Assembly: GCA_045107005.1 (NCBI GenBank)
Contig: JBGCFP010000003.1
Location: 4,164-68,163, forward strand
DNA: 64,000 nucleotides
Direction: 5' to 3'
Origin: Gammaproteobacteria bacterium
GTDB lineage: Bacteria; Pseudomonadota; Gammaproteobacteria; Steroidobacterales; JBCCMA01
Shown here: positions 38,167 through 47,572 of the stretch, piece by piece
Position numbering within the stretch: the first letter of the stretch is position 1
Layout of the letters: each line of letters opens with the position of its first letter
Program-made: the position numbers and the translations under genes
The notes under the pieces: model-generated
Seen by the model: only the letters and a program-made list of their open reading frames with translations
Database searches by the model: none
Told to the model about the DNA's origin: nothing

Positions 38167-38601
38167 ATGCGCTCGTTGTCATACCCTGACTTACCCTCCG
38201 TCGCGGCTCTGTTGGCCGCGAACCAGCTCGATCCGTCGGATCTGGCGCCGGATGATATGCCCCATTTTCTCGGCATTGAGGTTGACCAGCGTCTGGTCGC
38301 AACCGGAGCACTGACGCCCATTGCTCAATTGGGTCTGTTGCGCTCGGTGGTCACCGCGCAAAGCGCCCGCGGCCAGGGCCATGCGAACAAGATTGTGCGG
38401 GCACTGGAAGCACGGGCTGTCGCACAGAACATTCATCACGTTTATCTTCTGACGGATTCGGCACGCAACTACTTCACAGGCATGGGGTATCAGGACGTGG
38501 CGCGCGAAGATGCCCCGCCGCCCATTCGGGCCACCCCGCAGTTCGAGCAGCTGTGTCCGGCCAGTGCGCAAGTCATGCTAAAAGTGCTAGCGCCGCAATA
38601 G
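38167..38601 (+). CDS. GNAT family N-acetyltransferase (ArsN2-like by recollection)
   Basis: RGQGHANKIV motif A. The C-terminal IRATPQFEQLCPASAQVM resembles ArsN2-type proteins. The subfamily is unverified. Confidence 0.65.
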   Translation: MRSLSYPDLPSVAALLAANQLDPSDLAPDDMPHFLGIEVDQRLVATGALTPIAQLGLLRSVVTAQSARGQGHANKIVRALEARAVAQNIHHVYLLTDSARNYFTGMGYQDVAREDAPPPIRATPQFEQLCPASAQVMLKVLAPQ

Positions 38602-38737
38602 GATCCGCGAATACTGGGTAGCGCTAACGCTGCGATGTCAGTCGGAGCGCCCAACTGCCCCGGGCGAAATGCCCGTGCCAAAGCACTCAGCCTGACCGTG
38701 CTGCGCTGCCAGTGAGCCTGGAGCGCAGCACTCCGTC

Positions 38738-39031
38738 CTAGTCGCAGACGTTAGGGATGCTGCTTGGTCCGGGCGGCAGGAAAAACAGCGTTCGGAGAAT
38801 GCCCAGATCAACGATGTTTACGACGCCGTCGCCGTTGAGATCGGCTTGTGCATCAGTGCTGAAAAACAGCGTTCTGAGAATGCCCAGATCGACGATGTTA
38901 ACGATGCAGTCGTTGTTGAAATCGCCATCGCAGGCGTTACCGAAACCGTCTGCGTCGCCATCCAGTTGGTCAGCGTTGGCGACAACCGTGCAGTTGTCGG
39001 CGGTATCTGGCGCGCCGTCGCCGTCCACATC
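38738..39031 (-). repeat. TSP3 + dockerin-like module, copy 4 (C-terminal)
   Basis: DVDGDGAPDTADNC..DADGFGNACDGDFNNDCIVNIVDLGILRTLFF..QADLNGDGVVNIVDLGILRTLFFLPPGPSSIPNVCD. Confidence 0.85.
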
Positions 39032-40645
39032 GTTCCCTGCCACCAGCACACGGATGTAGTCGCCCGGACTGCTGGCGGCAAAGGTCACCGATAGCGTATC
39101 GCCCGAGAACGACGCGAAGTCACCGGACTCAAGGCCGCGCAGTTCAGGGTTCAGGTATATCGCTGTTTCGTTGCCCAGAACGTCGCTGTCGGTCAGCGGG
39201 TCGGTTGACGTCGCAAGACCGAGAATTTGCCCCGGAAACGTTACGGTGCCGACGATGTCACTGACGCCCCCGGGATCGAACGCGACGTAGTAGCTGCTGA
39301 CCAGCGTGCCGGCCGTGAGTGTCGTGGACTCTGGATCGTCAATCTCGAGGTCTGCGGCCAGCGTGACATTTTGCTGTTCCTCAAACGCGAACAGATCGTT
39401 GCGCTGGAAATTGTCATTGCCGACTCGGCCGATGGGGTCACACAGTTGCAGGAACGTGCCACCCGCGCTTGCTGCCGAGCCGCCGGTCACCGTGCCGGTG
39501 AGCGTGACGTCTTCAGGTTCGCAGACGTTGGCGTTGAGGTTTGGTGATGCGCTACCCAACAAGACCCGCACCGAGTCGCCCGGGCTGCCCGCACTAAAAT
39601 CAATGCTGAGATTGGCGCCGTCAATTTCAATGTCGTCACCGCCTTCGAGGCCGAGCAGCGATGGGTTCAGATACTGCGCGGATGCGTTGCCCAGAAATTC
39701 GCTGGCTTGAAGTTCATCGCGTTCGGTAATCACTCCGATAATCGTATCGGGAAACGTCACTGTCGCAATGATTCGATTCGACGGCACCGGGTCCCATACC
39801 ACGTAGAAGCTCGATACGAATTCGCCGGCAGCAATCACCGTTGTTTCGTCCAGCGACAGCGGTTCGGCCAACTCGACGTTCTGCTGTTCTTCGAACGTAA
39901 ACAGATCGAAAGAATCAAAGTTGTCGCTGCCAACCGGGCCAATGGGATCGCAGATTTGCCGCACCTGGCCGCCGTTGGTGAATGCGCTACCACCGGTAAC
40001 GACGCCTGTTATGGTCTGATCTGCGCTACTGCAAACGTTGACGACTGTCACCGGGTCGACGCCTGTGACTACCCGAATGGCGTCGCCAGGCGACGACGTG
40101 CGCAAGTCGTAACTGATGCTGTTGCCGCTGATCGTCACAACGTCCGGGCTCTCCAGCGACTGATCGCCAATCGCGTAGTCGGTCGCGACGTTGCCGAGCA
40201 AATCGTCGGTTTCATTGAACCGCAACGTACTGACAATGACCCCCAGCACCGGTTCGTCGAACGTGATGCTGCCAAGCGCCGTGCGCGTGTTGACCGGGTC
40301 GTAAATGACGTAGTGACTCGAAACGACCGAGCCCGCTCCAAGGACGTTGCTGGTCAAATCGGGGGAGGCAATGTCCAGGATTTGGATATCCAGCAGCGTC
40401 AGATCCTGAGTTTCATTGAACGCGCGAACGTTGTTATCGTCGAACGCGTTATTGCCAAGTACCGCAGGCGGCGCAATGATCTCAAAAGTGCCGCCTTCGT
40501 CGAACGAGCTGCCCTCGGTCAAGTCGCCCGACACGATGTCGGCCGCGACGAGCGGGCTGGTCAAAGCGGTTAGTGCCGTCGCCGTTAAGGCGAGTGCGCG
40601 ACCGCGAAAAAAAACAGGGTCTTGATTGCAGGCGAACGGATTCAC
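38738..40645 (-). CDS. Secreted protein with three ~160-175-aa repeats of an unrecognised domain and a C-terminal TSP3 + dockerin-like module
   Basis: GTG start at 40645 with GGAGG 6 nt upstream. Signal-like RALALTATALTALTSPLVAA. The triple repeat shares NxF..D.F.FEEQQNV.L ... V.S.YV..DP ... VTFP..I.G ... LGN...YLNP...GLE..D ... SPGD.IRV. Confidence 0.8.
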   Translation of the reverse strand: MNPFACNQDPVFFRGRALALTATALTALTSPLVAADIVSGDLTEGSSFDEGGTFEIIAPPAVLGNNAFDDNNVRAFNETQDLTLLDIQILDIASPDLTSNVLGAGSVVSSHYVIYDPVNTRTALGSITFDEPVLGVIVSTLRFNETDDLLGNVATDYAIGDQSLESPDVVTISGNSISYDLRTSSPGDAIRVVTGVDPVTVVNVCSSADQTITGVVTGGSAFTNGGQVRQICDPIGPVGSDNFDSFDLFTFEEQQNVELAEPLSLDETTVIAAGEFVSSFYVVWDPVPSNRIIATVTFPDTIIGVITERDELQASEFLGNASAQYLNPSLLGLEGGDDIEIDGANLSIDFSAGSPGDSVRVLLGSASPNLNANVCEPEDVTLTGTVTGGSAASAGGTFLQLCDPIGRVGNDNFQRNDLFAFEEQQNVTLAADLEIDDPESTTLTAGTLVSSYYVAFDPGGVSDIVGTVTFPGQILGLATSTDPLTDSDVLGNETAIYLNPELRGLESGDFASFSGDTLSVTFAASSPGDYIRVLVAGNDVDGDGAPDTADNCTVVANADQLDGDADGFGNACDGDFNNDCIVNIVDLGILRTLFFSTDAQADLNGDGVVNIVDLGILRTLFFLPPGPSSIPNVCD

Positions 40646-40823
40646 GATGGACCTCCTGGTTATTGTGATTTTACAGAGGTTGAATGCACGCGATGCGTCG
40701 TGGCAGGCGCACATCAAGCCGCCAGTATACACGCAGACCAAAGGATGCCAGCAGGAGCAGGGCACCTGGCCGTTTATGTTGAAATGGTCTTCGGCAAAGT
40801 GCCGCCCACGTGCCCGCGTCGTT

Positions 40824-42929
40824 TCAGGCGACGGCCGCTACTGCGACGGTATCGCTCAGCGGGAGGCGAATGACAAAGGTCGTGCCTCGACCCAATTGAC
40901 TTAATACCTCGATCTGACCGCCGTGTCGGGTGAGGATAATGTTGCGCGCAATCGAGAGCCCTTGGCCCGTGCCTTTGCCCACCCCCTTGGTGGTGAAGAA
41001 CGGGTCGAAAATTTTCTTTTTCAGCTCGTCTGTCATGCCCGGTCCCGTATCGCTGATCTCGATGCGCACGTAGTCGCCGTCAAGCCGTGTCTTGATGCCA
41101 ATCCGGCCTAACTCGGAGCGATCATCCATTTCATCAAGCGCGTGCGCGGCGTTTACGATGATGTTTAGAAAAACCTGATTGAGCTCGCCAATCAGACACG
41201 GAATGGGGGGCAGGTCAGGAGCGAGATCTGTGTCCATCTCAGCCACGTAGCGCCACTCGTTGGTGGTTACCACAATTGTGTTTTCCAGCGCTGAATTCAC
41301 ATCAGCCACGGTTTTTTCGTCGCCACCAGGGTGCGAGAATTCTTTCATGGATGCGACGATCTTGCGCACGTGCCCTACGCCTTGCAACGTCTGTTCGATG
41401 GCGACGGGCAATTCCGTCTGCAGGAACTCCAGGTCAACGTCGTGCATGGACTCTGTGAGTTGCTGGGTGAGTTCTCGGTATCGTTCGTCGCCCGCGAACG
41501 CGTCGAGTAGCGGCGTGATTTTGGATAATGCGCCCATCATGTCGTCGACACTGTCGCTTAAAAACAGCGTGTTGTCGCCCACGTACTGAATGGGTGTGTT
41601 GATCTCGTGAGCAATGCCGGACGACAGTTGGCCAATGGCCTCGAGAATATTGAATTGAGTCAGTCTTTCTTCCAGTTCCTTCTTTTCGGTAACATCCACC
41701 GTCACGCCAATCATCCCAATGGTCTCGCGTGCTTCGTTGAACATCGGGACGCGACTAGCGCTCAAATACACCGGGTTGCCGTCGGCGTCTTGCTGCTCTT
41801 GCGCAACCTGGAGTTGTGGCTTTCCCGTGCGCAGTACCGCGTCGTCGGCTTCGGTATGTTTACCGTGAGTGGCGTCGAGGGCTCTTAGATCTGCATCGGT
41901 TCGCCCTTTGATCAGCTCTGGATGTTCCAGGCCCATACTGTCGGCGAACGCCTGGTTGCAGCCCATGTAGCTTGAGTCCGCCGCTTTCCAGTAGATGTGG
42001 AACGGAATTCGCGCCAGAATCTGGCGCAGCAGTGCGCGCTCGTCGCGCAACTCGCGCTCCGCGTTGCGGCGGGCGGTCGTTTCCGACGCAACAATGATGA
42101 AGCCATTGATCTCACCATTTTTGTGGATCGGCTTCGCCTCCATGGCCACCCAATAGGCGTCGCCCTGACGATTGTGCAGCTGGACTTCGACGGTGTAGCC
42201 CGTACCGTTTTCCAAGCCATCCTGCATGACCTGCAGCGTTCGCCTGTCTGTATTTGGTCCGTGAAATTGAAACCGGAGCCTTTGCCCGCCCAGTTCCTCC
42301 AGCGAATAGCCGGTGATCCGTGAAAAGCCTTCGTTGATCCAGCTGCAGTTGCGTTGCTGGTCCAGAATCATCACGCCGTTGTCCGTATGGCGAGCGACCA
42401 AAGACAGCAGTTTTGCTTCTTCTTCGAGCTGCCACTGCTGACTGCAGTTGGTCAGCGCTACGACGGTGCCACCGATAATTTGTTCGCTGCCAAGTGGTGT
42501 GATGTGAGTTCGGAACGCTTGAATTTCGTTGGCGCTTGAGCGGCAGTAGCGAATGATCTCCAACTCGGCGTCCCGTGACGACACACGGCGAAGGCCACGC
42601 GCGATGTCTTGTGCAGCCTTGAAGCGCTCCGCCGGCACCGAGTCACAGAAAGCAAGGAAATTGTCGCCGATTTGACTCGTGGGGTGCCCGTCGATCTGCA
42701 AATCGAATTGCTTCCAGTTCTGGTTCGTTTCGATAATGCGACCAGTGGCATCCAGCACGGCGACACGCGTGTCGAGCGAGTCGAGGATCGCGGTGCAGCA
42801 TACGCCTTGATCGGAACCGGCGTCTGTTGGCCCATGATTGACCAACGGGTGGCGTTGTCCCAATACGCGACCGGCAGCGAACGCGACTGCGCCGGTAACC
42901 AGCAGTGTGAGCCAGATGGATAAGGTCAA
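40824..42929 (-). CDS. Membrane-anchored multi-PAS sensor histidine kinase (no receiver domain)
   Basis: N-terminal TM segment. About three PAS-like segments. H-box SSGIAHEINTPIQ. N, G1 and G2 boxes (NIIVNAAHA, DTGPGM, GKGTGQGLS). TTG start with GGAG upstream. Confidence 0.85.
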   Translation of the reverse strand: MTLSIWLTLLVTGAVAFAAGRVLGQRHPLVNHGPTDAGSDQGVCCTAILDSLDTRVAVLDATGRIIETNQNWKQFDLQIDGHPTSQIGDNFLAFCDSVPAERFKAAQDIARGLRRVSSRDAELEIIRYCRSSANEIQAFRTHITPLGSEQIIGGTVVALTNCSQQWQLEEEAKLLSLVARHTDNGVMILDQQRNCSWINEGFSRITGYSLEELGGQRLRFQFHGPNTDRRTLQVMQDGLENGTGYTVEVQLHNRQGDAYWVAMEAKPIHKNGEINGFIIVASETTARRNAERELRDERALLRQILARIPFHIYWKAADSSYMGCNQAFADSMGLEHPELIKGRTDADLRALDATHGKHTEADDAVLRTGKPQLQVAQEQQDADGNPVYLSASRVPMFNEARETIGMIGVTVDVTEKKELEERLTQFNILEAIGQLSSGIAHEINTPIQYVGDNTLFLSDSVDDMMGALSKITPLLDAFAGDERYRELTQQLTESMHDVDLEFLQTELPVAIEQTLQGVGHVRKIVASMKEFSHPGGDEKTVADVNSALENTIVVTTNEWRYVAEMDTDLAPDLPPIPCLIGELNQVFLNIIVNAAHALDEMDDRSELGRIGIKTRLDGDYVRIEISDTGPGMTDELKKKIFDPFFTTKGVGKGTGQGLSIARNIILTRHGGQIEVLSQLGRGTTFVIRLPLSDTVAVAAVA

Positions 42930-43197
42930 CGCTCGCGCTCCGAGATCATCGTAAAGTCGTCGTAAGTGGCCAAGAGTTCTGTCCTGTCAACGAGTAGCGA
43001 CCGATGCGCCGTAACAATGATAGGCGCCCCAAGTATTCTGTTTGGTCGCTAAAGTCTGTGAGCGATACGTCGCTGTACTGAATAGACAACGGCACTGTAG
43101 GTGGCGCGTGACTGACGTGCCTCGAACCCGGTGCTTTAGGGCTTGAGTCTTCAAGTGGCCGTTTTCTCTTAACTCTCTCGACTTGCGGGAAACGACG

Positions 43198-43629
43198 ATG
43201 AGCCGACTGATCCAGGTCACCTACATCAGCAAATCAGCGCAGGAATTTGACGACGCAACGCTTGGCAAGTTGATGCGCCACTCAAGACGCAATAATGCGC
43301 GACGTGACATTACGGGCTTGCTGGTGATGCAGCCACCGCGTTTTATTCAGGTTCTCGAAGGCGCGCCTGAGGTGGTTCGCGCGCTGGTGGAAGTCATCGA
43401 GTGCGATACACGGCATACGAATTTTGAAGTCGTCAGCGAGCGGGCGATACGCGATAGAGAATTCGGTTGCTGGCGCATGGGGTGCCAGGTTGTGGCGGCC
43501 GACGCACCGCTGGCCGAACTGGATGATCGCGTAAAAGCGATCTTGCGCGATTCGAATCCGACGAGCAGTGACGCGTTGACACTGCTCGCCACTTTACGCG
43601 ATCTGGATCAAACGTCTGCGTGTCTCTGA
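43198..43629 (+). CDS. BLUF domain (blue-light FAD sensor) short protein
   Basis: LIQVTYISKS...ARRDITGLLV...FIQVLEG...V..D.RH is the canonical BLUF pattern. 143 aa with a short C-terminal extension. ATG at 43198. Confidence 0.85.
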   Translation: MSRLIQVTYISKSAQEFDDATLGKLMRHSRRNNARRDITGLLVMQPPRFIQVLEGAPEVVRALVEVIECDTRHTNFEVVSERAIRDREFGCWRMGCQVVAADAPLAELDDRVKAILRDSNPTSSDALTLLATLRDLDQTSACL

Positions 43630-43650
43630 ACCCATCTGAAGTGCTCGAGG

Positions 43651-43941
43651 TTACGGGCAGAACGTCACGCCAGAAGGGCCTGGCGGTGCGAAAAATACCG
43701 ACCGCAACGTGCCAAGATCAATGACGTTCACGACGCCGTCGCCGTTCAGATCGGCATCAGCATCATCGCTGAAGAATACGGTTCGAAGCAGGCCCAAATC
43801 GACGACGTTAACCACGCAGTCATCGTTTAGATCCGCGTCGCAGGCGTTGCCAAATCCATCGGCGTTGCTGTCAATCTGGGCGGCGTTGTCGACCAGCGTG
43901 CAGTTGTCGATGTCGTCGGTCACGCCGTCGCCGTCACTGTC
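43651..43941 (-). repeat. TSP3 + dockerin-like module, copy 5 (C-terminal)
   Basis: DSDGDGVTDDIDNC..NADGFGNACDADLNDDCVVNVVDLGLLRTVFF..DADLNGDGVVNVIDLGTLRSVFFAPPGPSGVTFCP. Confidence 0.85.
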
Positions 43942-45207
43942 GGGCTCGTTGCCGCCCGGTCCTGGGTAAAGGTAAACGACACCTGCGCCGTTGCCCGCAG
44001 CGCCCACCGCGATGTGCTGGGCGCTGGCGGCGACATCGCCGCCCAACGCATCGTTTGGTGCGCTGTCGCTGGCGGTCAGAGACTCAATCTGGCCCCAGCT
44101 GTCGGTACCGGTTTCATTGCGCGAAAAAACGTAGCCCTGGCCGCGCAGTGAATCGTGATTGGACGCACCGGACACCAGCGTGTCGCCAACCAGAGCCAGC
44201 GAAATGCCGAAAAACGCCGTCACCATGGCGTCGTCCGCTTCCACGTTGGCGATCTCAATCCAGTCACCCGGTGTGCCGGTCGGGTTTTCGTACATGTAAG
44301 CGCGACCGCTGCCTGAGCCGACCGTGCCACCGAAATTCCAGGTGCCGACTGCAATGGTGTTGCCGTCTATCGCAATGTCCTCACCGAATTTTGCGTTGCC
44401 GCGTGGCACGCTGGCGTAGATGCGATTGGTCTGACCAAAGTTCTGCGCGCCGCCTTCGTTGCGGTTGTAAATGTAGAAAGCCCCTTCGTTGGTGAACTGG
44501 GTCTGGTCAAGCGCGTTGGCGCCAACCACGGCGGTATCGCCGTCGATCGCCACGGCAACGCCAAAGGACGCGTTGCTGTCGAATACGTCATCGACCAGGC
44601 GTTTGATTTCGCCCCAGTTGTCAGTGCCGCCGGTGTTCTTGTCGTAGAGATAGGCGAAGCCACCGGTGCTGCCCGAGCCGCCTTTTTGCGCGCCGACGAT
44701 GATGGTGTCGCCGTCGATGTCGACCGCCGTACCGTATTCGGCCAAGTTGCCAGCGCTCGAATCGGCAAACAATTTGCGCACGCTGGTCCACGAACTCGTG
44801 TCGCCCGGCGCGTGGCGAAACACGTAGGCGGCTCCTTGCGATGAATTGCCGCCAATGGGCGCGCCTTTCGCGCCAACGACTGCGGTATCGCCATCAATCG
44901 CGACCGCGATGCCAAACTGATCAAATTCGACGCCATCGTCGCTGGTGAGTTTCGCGACCTGGGTCCAACTTCCCGCACCGTCGGTTTCAAATACGTACGC
45001 GGCACCTTGTGTTTCGGCGCCGTCGATATCGGCAAACGAGGCGCCAACAATGAGCAAGTCGCCCGAGATTTCGAGCGACTCGCCAAAGCCGTCCAGTGCT
45101 TCACCGTCGTCGGCTGTAAGTTGAGTCAGTTCATTTATCGCAGCGGCGTGACAAAGTGGCAGGCAAGCGATCACGGCCAACAGACCGTTGGTCAGGCATT
45201 TGTTCAT
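43651..45207 (-). CDS. Secreted FG-GAP (integrin-alpha-like) beta-propeller protein with a C-terminal TSP3 + dockerin-like module
   Basis: Signal peptide MNKCLTNGLLAVIACLPLCHA. About 7 repeats of G.S(V/I)AIDGDT..VGA......G.AY(V/I)(F/Y). Confidence 0.85.
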   Translation of the reverse strand: MNKCLTNGLLAVIACLPLCHAAAINELTQLTADDGEALDGFGESLEISGDLLIVGASFADIDGAETQGAAYVFETDGAGSWTQVAKLTSDDGVEFDQFGIAVAIDGDTAVVGAKGAPIGGNSSQGAAYVFRHAPGDTSSWTSVRKLFADSSAGNLAEYGTAVDIDGDTIIVGAQKGGSGSTGGFAYLYDKNTGGTDNWGEIKRLVDDVFDSNASFGVAVAIDGDTAVVGANALDQTQFTNEGAFYIYNRNEGGAQNFGQTNRIYASVPRGNAKFGEDIAIDGNTIAVGTWNFGGTVGSGSGRAYMYENPTGTPGDWIEIANVEADDAMVTAFFGISLALVGDTLVSGASNHDSLRGQGYVFSRNETGTDSWGQIESLTASDSAPNDALGGDVAASAQHIAVGAAGNGAGVVYLYPGPGGNEPDSDGDGVTDDIDNCTLVDNAAQIDSNADGFGNACDADLNDDCVVNVVDLGLLRTVFFSDDADADLNGDGVVNVIDLGTLRSVFFAPPGPSGVTFCP

Positions 45208-45329
45208 TGGACACCTCGGATTGTGTGTTCTTATTTTTCTTCGTCGGCAACTATAGCTCATGCGACCGGCTTTTTGCACGATCGGCGCATCGCTGGTTTG
45301 CGTGCTTAGTACACGGTCGAGCCTCTCGG

Positions 45330-46547
45330 CTAAATAATACCCTTGTCGCGCAGTGCGTCGCGCTGGTCACTATCAAGACCGAGCACGCCACCAAACACGT
45401 CGTCATTATGTTCGCCGAGTTCCGGTCCCGCGTGACGCACACTGCCGGGAGTCAGCGACAGTTTCGGAAACACGTTCTGCATCGCGAGCTCGCCAAACGT
45501 GGGGTGCGCCAGCTTGATAATCGCTTCGCGTGCCGCAAAGTGCGGATCTTCGAGCATGTCCGGCGCGCGATAAATTTTGCCGACCGGCACGCCGCTCTCT
45601 TCCATCAAATCGGTGAGCTCATCCGCGGTTTTGGTCTTTGTCCACGCGCCGATTAACTCATCGAGTTCTACCTGGTGATGGCCGCGCGTTGCATGGCTCA
45701 CGTAGCGCTCATCTTCCGCTAACTCCGGCTGTTCCATGGCGGCGGCAAGACGCCGAAAAACCGTGTCCTGATTGGCGGCGATCAGTATCATCTTGTCGTC
45801 ACTGGTGGGGTAGATGTTCGACGGTGCCACATTGGGCAGTATGGACCCGGTGCGTTCGCGCACGTAACCGGTTTGCTGATATTCCGTCACCAGCGATTCC
45901 ATCATCCCCAGGACGGCCTCGTAAATGGCCGAGTCCACAATCTGGCCCTCGCCGGTGCGATCGCGATGATGCAGCGCGGACAGCGCGCCAACGGTCGCAA
46001 AGGTTGCCGCGAGCGAGTCACCAATACTGATTCCCATACGACTTGGCGGCGTGGCCGGATCACCGACCACGTAGCGCAAGCCGCCCATCGCTTCGCCGAT
46101 CGAACCGTAGCCGGCGCGTTTGGCGTAAGGCCCGGTTTGTCCTTGCCCGGAGACGCGCACCATGATCAGGCCGGGATTGATTTTCTTCAGCTCGTCGTAG
46201 CCAAGCCCCCAACGCTCCATCGTGCCGGGGCGGAAATTTTCGAGGAGAATATCGCTCTTGGCCACCAGATCACGGACCAGTTGCTGGCCTTCCTCGACCC
46301 GGCAGTTCACCGTTACCGATTTCTTGTTGCGCGCGACCACCGGCCACCACAGCGACTTACCGTGTGCCTTCTCCTGCCCCCATACGCGCATGGGGTCGCC
46401 CTGACCTGGCGCTTCGATTTTGATCACTTCGGCACCCATGTCGGCCAGTAGCTGACCACAGAACGGCCCGGCCAGCAGACTGCCCATTTCCACCACGCGC
46501 AAATCGGTCAGTGCACCTGTCCGTCCGTCTGTATTGTCCTGTCCCAT
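45330..46547 (-). CDS. Family III (CaiB/BaiF) CoA-transferase
   Basis: LRVVEMGSLLAGPFCGQLLADMGAEVIKIE N-terminal signature. 405 aa. Confidence 0.9.
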   Translation of the reverse strand: MGQDNTDGRTGALTDLRVVEMGSLLAGPFCGQLLADMGAEVIKIEAPGQGDPMRVWGQEKAHGKSLWWPVVARNKKSVTVNCRVEEGQQLVRDLVAKSDILLENFRPGTMERWGLGYDELKKINPGLIMVRVSGQGQTGPYAKRAGYGSIGEAMGGLRYVVGDPATPPSRMGISIGDSLAATFATVGALSALHHRDRTGEGQIVDSAIYEAVLGMMESLVTEYQQTGYVRERTGSILPNVAPSNIYPTSDDKMILIAANQDTVFRRLAAAMEQPELAEDERYVSHATRGHHQVELDELIGAWTKTKTADELTDLMEESGVPVGKIYRAPDMLEDPHFAAREAIIKLAHPTFGELAMQNVFPKLSLTPGSVRHAGPELGEHNDDVFGGVLGLDSDQRDALRDKGII

Positions 46548-46556
46548 GCCGCCCCC

Positions 46557-46566
46557 GTGTATACAA
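46557..46566. promoter_or_regulatory. Operator-like half-degenerate palindrome gTGTATACAA (site 3)
   Basis: Core TGTATACA at 46558-46565, about 10 bp upstream of the CoA-transferase ATG, in the divergent intergenic region. Confidence 0.5.
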
Positions 46567-46618
46567 TATTGATATATTCGGCAAAAAAATCACCGAATAT
46601 CCGCAAACGATGGCCCAG

Positions 46619-46630
46619 ATTGTATACAAT
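46619..46630. promoter_or_regulatory. Operator-like palindrome ATTGTATACAAT (site 4)
   Basis: Perfect 12-bp palindrome, 37 bp upstream of the HMG-CoA-lyase-like ATG. Confidence 0.55.
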
Positions 46631-46666
46631 TTGACGTATTACTGACAGATACCGCGAAGGAAAATC

Positions 46667-47572
46667 ATGGCACAGGTCCAAATCATTGACGTGGCGCCGC
46701 GCGATGGCTTGCAAAGCGAGCACCACGTGCTGCCAACGGCCACCAAAGTGGAGCTGATTCGGCGGTTGGCCGCGGCAGGGGTGCGGTCGGTCGAAGCGAC
46801 GAGTTTCGTTAACCCGCGCAAAGTGCCGCAAATGGCGGACGCGGTCGAAGTCATCGCCGGGGTTAAAGCCGCGGCGATTGATGTGCAGCAGATCGGTCTG
46901 GCGTTGAACGTCCGCGGCTGTGAGCGGGCCATTGAGGCGGGCGTCGATGAGGTGGGTTTTGTGTTGGTGTCCACCGATACGTTCAGCCAGCGCAACCAGG
47001 GCGCGCCGGTCAGCCAGTCGATCGATGTTTGGTATGAGATTCACGCGCTGTGCCGCGCCGCGAACGTGCGCTGCAACGTTTTGATTGCTTCGGCGTTCGG
47101 CTGCCCGTTCGAAGGAGAAGTCAGTGCCGATCACGTGCTGGGGCTGGCCGACAAACTGTTGGCGTGTGCGCCCGACACGTTCGGTGTTGCCGACAGCATC
47201 GGCGTGGGCGTACCCGTTCAAATGAAGGCGGTGATTGCACCGCTTGCGAAGACTTTGGGTGATATCCCGCTGCGTTGCCATCTGCACGACACGCGCAACA
47301 CCGGGATTGCCAACGCATTGACGGCCATCGATCATGGTGCGACGCAAATTGATGCCAGCACCGGCGGTATTGGCGGTTGTCCGTTTGCGCCCGCCGCCAC
47401 TGGCAATATTGCCACCGAAGATTTGCTTTACGCGCTGGAGCGCAGCGGCATTGACGGCGCCGTGGATCTCGAAAAAACCATTGATACCGCCAGCTGGCTC
47501 GCCGAACAACTCGGCCACGACGTGCCAAGCTCGCTGCTGCGTGCCGGCGGATTTCCAAAGAAAGTGGCCTGA
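46667..47572 (+). CDS. HMG-CoA lyase family protein (hydroxymethylglutaryl-CoA / citramalyl-CoA lyase-like)
   Basis: IIDVAPRDGLQ N-terminal DRE-TIM metallolyase motif and HLHDTRNTG metal site. 301 aa. Confidence 0.85.
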   Translation: MAQVQIIDVAPRDGLQSEHHVLPTATKVELIRRLAAAGVRSVEATSFVNPRKVPQMADAVEVIAGVKAAAIDVQQIGLALNVRGCERAIEAGVDEVGFVLVSTDTFSQRNQGAPVSQSIDVWYEIHALCRAANVRCNVLIASAFGCPFEGEVSADHVLGLADKLLACAPDTFGVADSIGVGVPVQMKAVIAPLAKTLGDIPLRCHLHDTRNTGIANALTAIDHGATQIDASTGGIGGCPFAPAATGNIATEDLLYALERSGIDGAVDLEKTIDTASWLAEQLGHDVPSSLLRAGGFPKKVA

